From Octopus vulgaris (lineage: Eukaryota): a stretch of DNA of 64,000 nt. Where the stretch lies: positions 4,526,001-4,590,000 of the forward strand of contig OX597832.1 in NCBI GenBank assembly GCA_951406725.2, in the 5' to 3' direction. A model generated the notes under the pieces. It saw only the letters and a program-made list of their open reading frames with translations, searched no databases and was not told the DNA's origin. The stretch's first letter is position 1; every line of letters starts with the position of its first letter. A program made the translations under genes and the position numbers. Positions 36,712 to 48,189 of the stretch are shown here, one piece after another.

Positions 36712-39700
36712 CTATATGATACAAATAGATAAAAGGACATAAATATTAGAGTCAATATGTGAGAATAGTAGAAAACTTGTACAGAATGCATATTGAAAAC
36801 TATCTATGTGCAACACGTATACTATTTGGGGTAACACAAAAGATCTCAAGGTAGCTACAAGAAACATATTGTAGATATGGCTGGCATTCCATTCTGGTTG
36901 CATAATTCTGATCCAAAGGTAAAAACAAAAGAGGTGTATATTAGAGCATTAGGATATGAAATGGAGACTAATATGTAGGCAGGGCTCTTTACTGAAGACA
37001 AGGATTGTGTTTTTAATTCACAGACATGATAGAAATATTTTAGTAAAATGCATTGCATCATAGTTCATTAGGTGAAGCATCATGGGACTGTTGGCATTCA
37101 TGTGCAAAATCCATCATTTTATTTTAGTAACTACCTTTTTCAAAATTATTTGGTTGTGTAAAAGTAAGCTCCTGGCAAGCTGAGTCTACATTGATTTTTC
37201 GTCAGTCATGGTCATATGTCTGCATCAAAACACTCAATATTGTATGCATACTCCCATAGCAAGTGTTAGTCTTGTATAAGCAGTCAGGGTTTATTGATAT
37301 ATTAGAAGATTTCATGACTGTGACATTGTATTACAGTCTGGATGTCATTCTTATCACCAACCACTTTATAGCATGGACTGAATGCATTTTGTGACACCAA
37401 CATTTGAGGGATCAACTGCTAAGACTAAAGTGTCCTTTCTACACTGTATCCATTTTTATTCAGAGTTATTGTTCTCCCAGTCAAGCTGCCTTCATTGCAG
37501 CTTGCAAAGTTGATGCCTTCTTTGAGAAGGCCTTCAATTATAGTGTACAATGCTAAATTTACAGAAAATAACTGTAAGTAGTGCCTGGAAGAGGGCAAAA
37601 GGGAGGGGGTTGTAGGCAATAAAGAAGTCAGTAAAGGTGTAGATTGATGGAGAAAGAGTGAGAATATGTGAGTGTATAGGGTAAAGAATGGATAGAAGGA
37701 GATTGATAAATATGTTGGTAGATGAGAGAGAGAGAAGAGGTATCATAGAGGAGATAGAGGAGAATCAGGTGGGAGAATTAGAGAGATCAGAGTCATATGA
37801 TGCAAGGGAGTGAGAAGAAATATATATGTGGCAAATGATGTTTGAAAGAAAGAAGAAAATGAGCAGTAGGTGATGGATAAGAAGAATTACTGATACTAGG
37901 ATGGAAGGAAATGGAAAAGAGAAGGAAGAATTCCTTTGGGAGAAAAGTAAAGAGAGAGGAAAGAAATGTGATAAAGTGATTTATCTTGACTGATAGATAA
38001 TGTTGCTTTGGTACCCTGGTATCATTGACAGGTGGAATCAAGCAGATAGTGAGATATGGAGAGGGTAAAAAGAAAAGATATGGTCAAAGAAGAAAGCAAA
38101 AATAAAACTGAGAAATAGGTTATCCATGTTGTCTAAATATGGAAGCTTACATAGCTGCTCCAGCATAGTTTAGTAGATGAGGAAGTGAATTGGAAGACCT
38201 TGTGGAAATCAGTGCCGCAGACGGGGATGCCATAACGATTTACACACACACACACGCACTGAGATTTTAAAACCAAGGTGCCACATAAAAAGCATTAGTG
38301 GGGTGTCGGTGTCACGTAAAAAAGCACCCAGTGCACACTTCAGAGTGGTTGACATTAGGAAGGATATCAAGTTGTAGAAACCTAGCCAAAACAGACTACA
38401 GAGCCTAGTGAGGCCCCTGGCCTTGCCAGTTCCTGTCAAGCTGTCCAACCCATGCCAGTATGGAAAATGGATGTTAAAGGTTGATGATGATGATATAACA
38501 AGACTTGTGGTTCCAACAATAACATTATCTTTACTCTCGTAGCTGATCAAGTGCTATTCTATATATTTGTTGAAGCCTTACCACATAATTGTGTATATAT
38601 ATACCCTCTAGTATTATATATAATAAAATCATGGAATATTGAGTTATATGATGAATTAAATTGCATTGCATATGTTATAAGCTATATGGTATGGTATGTG
38701 GTGTGCTACATGTAATTACTATCCCATGAATAATCCTGCCTAGTTAGTCTGACTTCATCATATTTTTGGTGATTAAACTATTTGTTCCTTTCTATGATGT
38801 TCTACTCTACTGATCGTATTATGTATTTTTGTAATGGCTTTTATGTAAGTCTTGAGAAACTATAAAATCATGTATACAATAGCACCGGTAACTTTGCAAC
38901 TTATAAAACACTTCTTCAGTCTGAATACCTCCAACTGTCCTCACTACTCCCATACCTATTGTTTCCTCTTTGGGGTTATCTTTATCTCTTCCCTACCTCA
39001 AATTTTAATACTCTGTCTCTTTAAAATGTAAGTTATATATATTTCTTACTATTCTCTATAAATTCTTGTTATTTTGTTTTCTTATTTTGCTATCCTTACC
39101 TATTAACTTCTTATCCCTTATAAGTTGTTACTACTCTTAAATAGAAACATATACTTTCTAGTTACTTAAGTCATGCGAGTTGATTATAATATATCCATAA
39201 TAACACATAAATATTTGTGTATATTTGCATGTGTGCACAAAGATAAATATGTGTCTGTATTTGTACACAACTTTTATTTTTTTCTGATTCTTAGCCTATA
39301 ATTAATATATAGATAGCATGTTTATCTTTCCAGTTATCCATAAGTAAATGTCTAGAGCAGTCTTTATAAAAACCACTTAAGTAAATAATTAAGTACATGA
39401 ATGAGTATTAAACTGATTCTATGTAATCTTTCCTTTTTAATGTTGAAAATTGGTATATATACACATTTTATCTATTTTGGTTATGATATCATTTTTGATA
39501 ATCTTAAATTTTATCTTTACACAGCATAACAATATTGTTTATAAACAATCACCCATAGTACCCCATGATAAAAATTTCTTCTGTATTAACATAGGTTTTA
39601 TTAGTGTCTTGCTCCTTTAATTGGTAATTAACATCTTGATTTGGGGTCTTCCCCTACTCAGCCTCCTTTATAGACAGTTACTTTATACTAGTCCTAAAAT

Positions 39701-39989
39701 CTTGATAATATTTATGACCATATCCAGCTATGAGCTGCCCTCCATTCTAAACAGACACAGTCCTCTAGTTTTAGATTTAGTAGTTGATAAAAAGACTAAT
39801 AAATTAAAAATGAACTGCAATCCTTTACAAGCTATGACTCCAACAAACTTCATACATATCTTAGAAATGTAGTATATTCTTAGCTACAATAGTGACAACA
39901 TGAATTTTTTCTATCTTCTTGCTCTATTAGAGTATTTGAGTGAAATTATATTAATGTGTCCAGCTGATTAAAATTCTGTTTATTTATTT

Positions 39990-40077
39990 ATGCAGCTGAG
40001 GATATCCCTGCATTTAAAGTGATGTAATGATTGCATTGTCCAATTAAATGGAGCCGCTTGAAATGGTCATACTGCAT
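39990..40077 (+). ncRNA. Type I hammerhead motif with long stem II (family B, copy 1)
   Basis: AUGCAG-CUGAGGA-[57 nt]-GAAA-UGGUCA-UA-CUGCAU: perfect 6-bp stem I, core intact, stem II degenerate. Confidence 0.65.
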
Positions 40078-40106
40078 CACTTCTTGATATCCTGTTGCTT
40101 ATTTTG

Positions 40107-40139
<33 letters not shown>

Positions 40140-40915
40140 GTATGACTTCTACACACACTTTCTCTGTACTTCACTTGTCTCTGTTTTTCTCTTTTCTCGC
40201 CTCTTTGATTCTTTGGTCTCCTCTTCCCCCACTCTCTCACATTTCTCTGCCTTTCTCACTTTGCACCTCACTGACCCTGCCTTTCTTTTGTCCCGCCAAT
40301 CCTTGGCACGCTCTCTTTCTTCTCCCCTCCTTAATTCCTTCTTTCTCTCTCTTCTCCCCCTCCTTGGTGCCTTTGTCCCTCTTTTTCTCTCTCTTCTCCC
40401 TCTCTTTGATTCCTTTGCCCCTTTTTTCTCTCTTCTCTTCACATGTGACCGCCCCGCCAGTCAACTATAGCCTTTCAGCTTCTGAGCAGCGCCATGACAA
40501 CACCGATTCTTTTCGTCTGCCATAAGGCATTATTTTTCAAATACGCCAGCTAAGTTGAACTGTCTAAAGTCGAAAGACGCCTGTTGTTTTTGTCCTGTTA
40601 TTATTATTATTATTGTTTTTTGTATTTATATTCGTATTACTTTTTGTTTTTTGTATTTATATTCGTGTGGCATCGTCCATTTTTCTGTCCTTGTTTCGTA
40701 TACATTCAATTCTTTTTCCAAGAAATCTAATGCTCGTAGCTGAGTTTTTCCTTGGGGCTGGCCAGATTGGAGCGATCTCAAGATTAATCAGCCGAAATTG
40801 CGAGGATGATCCGGTTCTTGACTGAAGATTAGAGGCTTCGAATGACCTGTCCATTTTTTGTGTCGTCTATTTGAATGTTTTGCGTTCTTGTCCCATTTTG
40901 TACTTTTATATATAT
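40140..40915. mobile_element. Unclassified interspersed repeat (further copies 46375-46510 and ~53610-54155)
   Basis: Shared blocks ACGCCAGCT(T)AA.TGAACT...AGTCGAAAGAC.CCTGTTG and AATGCTC.TAGCT...GGGGC..GCC...GAAA...ATGA...TGACTGA.GA...GAATG; ends in (TA)n. Confidence 0.7.
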
Positions 40916-40928
40916 TTTATATATATAT

Positions 40929-40995
<67 letters not shown>

Positions 40996-41039
40996 TTACA
41001 TATATATACACCACGCCCTGCACATACAGGACCCAAAAG

Positions 41040-41620
41040 TACTGCAATCCCAGAATTACAAACAGTGAAAGACTTGGGGATCAGTATGTACAATGATGCA
41101 TCATTTCATATGCACATTACCAAGATGGCAGCAAAGTGCAGACAACTAGCAATATAGATGCTAAAATCCTTCAAGACAAGAGACCAAGAAGTTATATTGA
41201 TCCTGTGGAGGACTTTCATTCTCAGCCACCCGGACTATTGCTCTCAGCTATGGCCACCACATAGTGGCAAACTAACAGTGGAACGTGAAGCAGTCCAATG
41301 CCACTACACTAAAAAGATAAAAAAAAGTGTAGCAGATGAGCTACAAGGAGAAGCTGAAAAAACTGACTTTACTCCCTGGAGCAAAGGCACGACAGATATA
41401 TAATAATCTACATATGGAAAACTTTAGAAGGGTTAGTTTTCAATTTCAGCATTGAATCTTATACAAATACCAGAACTGGACACCATTATTTTATTGTACC
41501 AAAGATACCTTCCACTCGATCTAAATTCAGGACCAGGTACTGAAATAGCCTAGGGTTCAAAGGGTCACAGCTCTTCAATGCCCTGCCATAAAAATTAAGA
41601 AATTTACATAATGTGGACAT
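41040..41620 (+). mobile_element. CR1-clade LINE 3' fragment
   Basis: VKDLGI, LKSFKTRD.EV.LILWRTFILSH.DYCSQLWPP, NSLGFKG.QLFNALP. Confidence 0.85.
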
Positions 41621-41662
41621 ATTTACATTTGACGGATATTTGTCCTCATCTTGTTTGTTGTT

Positions 41663-41705
41663 AACACGTTTCGGCTGATATATTCTCCAGCCTTCATCAG
41701 GTGTC
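41663..41705 (-). ncRNA. Minimal hammerhead motif (family C, copy 1; 3-nt deletion at cleavage site)
   Basis: GACAC-CUGAUGA-A-GGCUG(GAGAAUAUAU)CAGCC-GAAA-CGUGUU. Confidence 0.7.
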
Positions 41706-41824
41706 TTGGGAAAATTTCAGCTCTGGATTATCATTTCTAAGGTTTTTGTTGTTGTTGTAAGTAGATACTTACCCTCTTTATGATTTTGGATAATCCTTCA
41801 AATTTAACTAAATTCTAAATTTTT

Positions 41825-41913
41825 ATGCAGCTGAAGATTGCTCTACATTTTAAACTGATGTAATGTTTACATTGTTCAATTAAATCGAGTCACACAAAAC
41901 GATCGTACAGCAT
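41825..41913 (+). ncRNA. Type I hammerhead motif with long stem II (family B, copy 2; G12 mutated)
   Basis: AUGCAG-CUGAAGA-[58 nt]-AAAA-CGAUCG-UA-CAGCAU: homologous to 39990-40077, palindromic stem III, GUA triplet. Confidence 0.65.
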
Positions 41914-42627
41914 TACCTCTGGATATCCTTGTTGCTTGTTTTGATTATAATCACCCCATTTTGAATTATATGGATAATACCATACTAAATTCTGGTACCT
42001 TTAACTTAAGTACCATATTCATCAGAATTTAAATTTATATATGTATATATATATATATACACATGCATATTACATATATATATATGTATCATCATCATCA
42101 TCGTTTAACGTCCGCTTTCCATGCTAGCATGGATTGGATGTATGACTGAGGGCTGGCGAATCAAATGGCTGCACCAGGCTTCAATCTTGATCTGGTAGAG
42201 TTTCTACAGCTGGATGCCCTTCCTAACGTGAACCACTCTGAGAGTGTAGTGGATGCTTTTACGTGCCACCGGCACGGGGCCAGTCAGGTGGCACTGGCAA
42301 CGACCTCGCTCGAATCTTTTATACATGCCACTGGTGTGGGTGCCAGTAAGGCGATACTGGTAATGATCCCGCTCATATTATATGTATATATACACATATA
42401 CAAAATACGGGGATTTAGTTCACAGGTGATCTATACGATTAGGTATGCTAGGTAAATGATATAATGGATTACTAGGGCTCCAAGGTTATAACTGAGACAG
42501 TAGTTATGGAGCTATTGCAGATTTCCAATATAGCAGATATATAATTGTTAAAGAGGACAACAAACATTAAGGCAAAGCAAACATCTCAAGTCATACATAT
42601 ATTATTATTATTGGAAAAAAAATTCAA

Positions 42628-42685
42628 AGTTTCACAGTTGTTTCTGGGATGTCCCATTGTATGGGATATTCCATCATCGGAGATA
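42628..42685 (-). ncRNA. Decayed hammerhead motif (family D)
   Basis: CCGAUGA-UGGAAUAUCCCA(UACAA)UGGGACAUCCCA-GAAA-CAACUG-UG: long stem II well preserved, core U4, cleavage site and stem I mutated. Confidence 0.55.
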
Positions 42686-42744
42686 AATAGTGAGAATGAG
42701 AAGGGTATAGATTAATGAAATGACGATATAGAGACAGGAGTAAA

Positions 42745-44430
42745 AGAATATTCCTTAACTACCAAGATATGTAAATGACTTCACATAATTTAGGTTTTTC
42801 CCATCAGGAAAATTGTAAACCAGTGGCATCTGCTTGACACCTCATATTTGTTTAGGAGTAGGGCAATGTTGGTGAATTACTTCTTTCTTCTTTATGCTGA
42901 TTGTCAAACCAAAGGCTTTACATGCAGCAGAAAACTGGTCTAGATGTTTCTGAGCTTCCTCTAAAGAGGTTGCTACTAGTGCAGCATCAACTGCAAAAAG
43001 TAGATCATGAATGATACTGGTACGTAGCAGTGTTCTGACTTTGAAATTCTGATGATTGAATAGTCCACCACTTGTTCGAAACTGGAATTTGACACCACTT
43101 TGTATGTCACAAAAAGCATATCTCAGCATCACTGAAAAGAAGAGTGCAAACAAAATAGGGGCCATAACACAAGCTTGCTTTGTGTCATTTGTAACACCGA
43201 AGGCAGCCGAAGATTCCCCACCAGACATGACAGCAGCCTTCATTCCCTCATGAAAGGACATAACATTCAACATCTTGTCAGTTATACCAAACTTTTTTAG
43301 AACTTTCCATAGTGCTTGCCAGTTAACAGTGTTGAAGGCCTTAGTAAGGTCAACAAATATCAAGAACAACTCTTGATTTTTCTCATGTACCTTCTCCATG
43401 GATCATGTCGATAGTGCCACAACCAGAGCAAAATCCACAGTGATTTTGGATAGATATCATGCATTTGATGATCCTGTCAAGAATGAATTGAGCAAGAATC
43501 TTACCAGCAATAGACAGAAGCAATATTCCATGAGGATTATCACAGACACTTTTGTTTCCTTTGTTCTCATAAAGATATTGAATTGAGGCATCCTTGAAGT
43601 CCTGTGGTACATATCCTACCTTCCAAATGTTTATGAAGAGGTCATGCAGTTTCTTAAAAATCTTCTGTCCCCCATGTTTGTAAATTTCAAGAGGGATAGC
43701 ATTCCTGCCAGGTACTTTACTAGAAGAGATCTGTTTAATAGAGTTTACCACTTCCAGGAAGGTTGGCTCCATAGACAGTTCCGATATTAAAGTGTGCTGT
43801 GGAACAGACATTATGACATCATCATTAATGACTGAGGTGGAGTTCAACACAGCTTCAAAGTGAGCTTTCCATCATTTCAGGATGTCTGATTTGACTCTCT
43901 ATTCAATGGAAAAATAGGAGTAACACCATGCTCTTGAGGACCATATACTTTCTTGAGGCCATCATAAAAGGCTTTAAAATCCTGTCTGCAGCTTCTTCGA
44001 GTTCAGTAGTCTTGAAAGTCCACCAAGCCTCTATTATCTGTCTCAGAGCATGTTGGACCTGGCTTCTGCATTTCTTGTAGGCATTCTGTTTTCTGGATGA
44101 GCTCTTACCATTTATTCAAGTTTTGTGAGAGCTGTGCATTTTATCTATCAACTGTTGGATGTCTGTATTGTTATTGTTGAACCAATCTTGATGTTTATGA
44201 ACAGGAATTCCAAGAACCTCTATAGATGCAAAGTGCATTGCATCACACAGAGCCTTCCAAGATGATTCTGTCACCATTGATATCAACAGTGTTGAGTGTA
44301 GTGTCCAACTTGATAGAGAGCTCAGCCTGCTTTTCAACAGTTTTCAAAGGCAGGACATTAATGCGCTTAGGCACTGATGACTTTTGTAGTCTTGTGTGTT
44401 TCAGATGGAATGTAGCCTTACTATGGAGAA
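42745..44430 (-). mobile_element. RTE-clade LINE fragment, decayed
   Basis: HQDWFNNN, KVPG..IPLEIYK.GG, GILLLSIAGKILA, IFVDLTKAFN, KQACVMAPILF, DLLFAVD, FGLTISIKK. Confidence 0.9.
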
Positions 44431-44526
44431 AAGCATTCCTTTCATAACACCTGCTATCTATCTGTCAATGAAAGCCAGATACAGGGCAAATTTTAGCCAT
44501 TTCTCCACAGACTGAAAAAATGATGA

Positions 44527-44574
44527 ACAGCCTAAATCGATTTTCAAACCTTATTGGCTTCTCATCAGAGGCGT
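44527..44574 (-). ncRNA. Type I hammerhead motif (family E), core intact
   Basis: ACGCCU-CUGAUGA-G-AAGCC(AAUAA)GGUUU-GAAA-AUCGAU-UU-AGGCUGU: palindromic stem III AAUCGAUU, stem I GCCU/AGGC. Confidence 0.7.
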
Positions 44575-44799
44575 CCACAACATTCTGACAGTCTCCAGAG
44601 AAACAAGCAGCCAAACTGTTTATATACTCAACAAATACAGTAGTCACTCTATGAAGGAGTCCCTAATTTGCATACATACATACATGCATGCATGCATGCA
44701 TGCATACCTACCTACCTACCTACCTACCTACCTACCTACATACATACATACATATTCTTTTATATGTTTCAACCCTGAGGCTGCAGCCATGCTGGGGTA

Positions 44800-45230
44800 C
44801 CGCCTGTGTAATCACCTTTTGATTGGCCAATTCTGTGTTTGGCTTTTGGTGAAGGAGGGAGTTTGATACCACTGCCCTCGTTTCAGTTTCCTGCCTTGAT
44901 ATTGGTTCATCTGGGATCTTGGATAGTAAGAGGTCAAGTTGTTTCTTGAAAACATCTCCCCCCCCCCCACTTGCTGGAGATCCCTCAGATGTTTTGGCAA
45001 GGAGTTAAATAGCAGTGGGCCCTTGAATCCCAAGCTGTTGCAATACATAGTCCTCGCTTTAGATGATGCAGCTAAGACTTTTGGAACAGTGCATTGACAT
45101 CCATTTTGAGGTCTAGTATAACTCTCAATTCCAAAGTTTGGTGCCAGCCCCTCCAGTAACTTCCACACATATATCACTGCATACTCCCAGTAGCTCAGTT
45201 GTTCCATTCCTCGTGTAGAATCCAGGAAGT
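44800..45230 (-). mobile_element. CR1-clade LINE 3' end
   Basis: QLSYWE, IYVWKLLEGLAPNFGI, YCNSLGFKGPLLFNSLPKHLRD. Confidence 0.85.
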
Positions 45231-45361
45231 CTTTTGCCAAACTGCTAAGTTACGGGGACATAAACACACCAACACTAGCTGAAAGTAGTGGTCAGACACG
45301 CACAAACACAGAACACACACATACATGTGTGTGTACATACACACACACACACACACACGTA

Positions 45362-45401
<40 letters not shown>

Positions 45402-46554
45402 AATACATACACATACATGTGTTTGTGTGTGTCCAAACACTACTTACAACCAGTGTTGGTGTGTTTATGTCCCTGTAACTTAGCCATTTGATGAAAGAGA
45501 CCAATAAAATAAGTACCAGTTTAAAAAAACAGTAAGTACTGAGGTCAATTTGTTAAACTAAAAATTCTTCACAGCAGTGCGGCAGCATGGCTACAGTCTA
45601 ATGACTCAAACAAATAAAAGATAAACACACACATACACTCACAGATTATATATCTGTAAATATATACCCATATATAGACATACATGTGTGTGTGAGTCTC
45701 TGTTGTAATCGTGTTGTGGGTGTTGTCATAATGACAATATCATCAGTTATCTAAACACATCTAACATCTTAAACCTATTTGTTCTTTTTCATCTGCATTA
45801 CTACTAATTTCATTTATGTGAGTATTATTAAAATTGAAATATATTGTGTATCAAAATGAGTCAGTCAACCATACTCTCAGCCCTTCAATCAAATTACTCA
45901 ATACTCTCCAGAAGAAAATGTATTCGAAGAACTATTAACATTTACAATGATTAGTCAAATATGCAAAACTCAGACAAGGTGAATATGGAGATGGTGTATG
46001 AGTTGGAATCACCATGTAATGGTGCTAATGCTGCTAATTAGTAGAGCCTCGGTGAGCAAACACTACCACTAAAACATTATACGGAATGTCAAGAGATTAG
46101 CTGCATTAGATTCTATTAAACATTAACTTCATTAAACAGGTTTTGATAACTACTTCAGCAAAAGTCAGTTTAAATGTCAAGTGTATAGACACACACACAC
46201 ACGTATATATTATATAGATGTATATGTATAAATATATATGTATGTACATATATATACACATGTATCTATATACATATGTATATATATGTGTGTATATATC
46301 TATGTATGTATATATATGTGTGTGTGGGTGGGTGTGTCTGTGTATGTATGTATATATGTGTGTGTATGTGTATATATAAGATTAATCAGCCGAAATTGCG
46401 AAGATGATCCAGTTCTTGACTGAAGATTGAAGGCTTCGAATGTCCCGTCCGTGTTTTTTGTATCGTCTTCTAAATGTTTCACGTTCTTGTCCCAGTTTGT
46501 ATTTTTTTACATTTACACACACATATATATATATATATATATCTGAGTCTGAGA

Positions 46555-46888
46555 CCCCTTTCGGTCATGACATTGACCAAGGGACTGCACCTAGAAAGTT
46601 ACCCTCCCAAGCACAAGTCCGGGCAAGGTTGTTTTATGGAAGACCAGCAGTCGCCCATGCATACCGGCCTCCCCACTCCATGCCACCAGTGTTATCCAAG
46701 GGAAAGGCAAGGGCCAATACAGCTTGGCACCTGTGACATCACAACTCATTTCTACAGCTGAGTGAACTGGAGCAATGTGAAATAAAGTGTCTTGCTCAAG
46801 AACACAACATGCAGCCCGGTCCAGGTTTTGAGCTTACAACATCACGATCGTAAGCTTGACGCTCTAACCACTGAGCCATGCGCCTTCA
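46555..46888 (-). mobile_element. tRNA-derived SINE (third family)
   Basis: Head GGCGCATGGCTCAGTGGTTAGAGCG, then TGTGTTCTTGAGCAAGACACTTTATTTCAC.TTGCTCCAGT.CACTCAGCTG. Partial copies at ~17950-18013(-) and 62110-62310(+). Confidence 0.75.
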
Positions 46889-46950
46889 TATATATATATA
46901 TATAAGCAAAAATATTAGTTCTAAAATCTTTCTAAGAGATCAATGCAGTA

Positions 46951-46951
<1 letters not shown>

Positions 46952-46983
<32 letters not shown>

Positions 46984-48025
46984 GTTTAACGTCCGCTTTC
47001 CATGCTAGCATGGGTTGGACGATTCAACTGGGGTCTGGGAAGCCCGAAGGCTGCACCAGGCCAGTCAGATGTGGCAGTGTTTCTACAGCTGGATGCCCTT
47101 CCTAACGCCAACCACTCCGAGAGTGTAGTGGGTGATTTTATGTGCCACCGACACAGGTGCCAGACGAGGCTGGCAGACGGCCACGCTCGGATGGTGTTTT
47201 TTATGTGCCACCGACACAGGTGCCAGACGAGGCTGGCAGACGGCCACGCTCGGATGGTGTTTTCTTATGTGTCACCGACACAGGTGCCAGACGAGGCTGG
47301 CGGACGGCCACGCTCGGATGGTGTTTGTTACGTGCCCTCAGCACGGAGGCCAGTCATTGCGGTACTGGCTACGGTCACGTTCGGATGGTTTTCTTATGTG
47401 CCACCGGCACTGGTACCACAAGGATACAAATTCCATTGATGTTCATCTATTTTGATTTGGTTCGATTTGATTCGATACGATTCGATTCTCACTTGCCTCA
47501 ACAGGTCTTCACAAGTGTCACAAGAAGGAAGGTATGCACAGGTGGACTGACTACGTCCCAGGTAGGGGCCACGGATTATGGCTTCACTAGTCTTGCCGGG
47601 TCTTCTCACGCACAGCATACTTCCATAGGTCTCGGTCTCTAGTCATTTCCATGGTGAGACCTAACGTCCGAAGGTCGTGCTTCACCACCTCGTCCCAGGT
47701 TTTCCTGGGTCTACCTCTTCCACGGGTTCCCTCAACTGCTAGGGATTGGCACTTTCTCACACACCTATCTTCATCCATTCTCGCCACATGACCATACCAG
47801 CGCAATCGTCTCTCTTGCACACAACAACTGATGCTTCTTAGGTACAACATTTCTCTCAAGGTACTAACGCTCTGTCGAGTAAGTACACTGACATTACACA
47901 TCCATCGGAGCATACTGGCTTCGTTCCTCACGAGCTTACGCATGTCCTCAGCAGTCACGGCCCATGTTTCACTGCCATGTAGCATAGCTGTTCGTACACA
48001 TGCATCATACAGTCTGCCTTTATAC
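46952..48025 (-). mobile_element. Young RTE-clade LINE 3' end: ORF C-terminus, 3' UTR with tandem repeats, (GAT)n tail
   Basis: Open frame MLHGSETWAV...RRLRWYGHVARM...GRGRPRKTW..VV.HDL, CpG retained, tail (GAT)n at 46952-46983. 3'-UTR-only copies at ~4530-4752, 4988-5180, 19355-19640, 38200-38492, 42087-42375, 58280-58400. Confidence 0.9.
47137..47330. repeat. ~63-64-bp tandem repeat (3 near-identical units plus diverged ones) in the RTE 3' UTR
   Basis: Unit TTTTATGTGCCACCGACACAGGTGCCAGACGAGGCTGGCAGACGGCCACGCTCGGATGGTGTT. Confidence 0.9.
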
Positions 48026-48189
48026 TAATAAATAATATTTGAAATATTTAACAAGTAATATTCATAGTCACTTTAAAAATCGCAGTTAAGTCCACTAATA
48101 TTCGTAGCTACTTTAAAAATTCCAAAAGAGTCTGTTTGAATGGACATCCATGTTAAAGTGGCTATGAATATACTTATATATATATATAA

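Noticed and set aside
47137-47400. Regular ~63-bp repeats resembling a CRISPR array
   Set aside because: Units are identical throughout with no unique spacers; they sit in a LINE 3' UTR in eukaryotic DNA with no cas genes.
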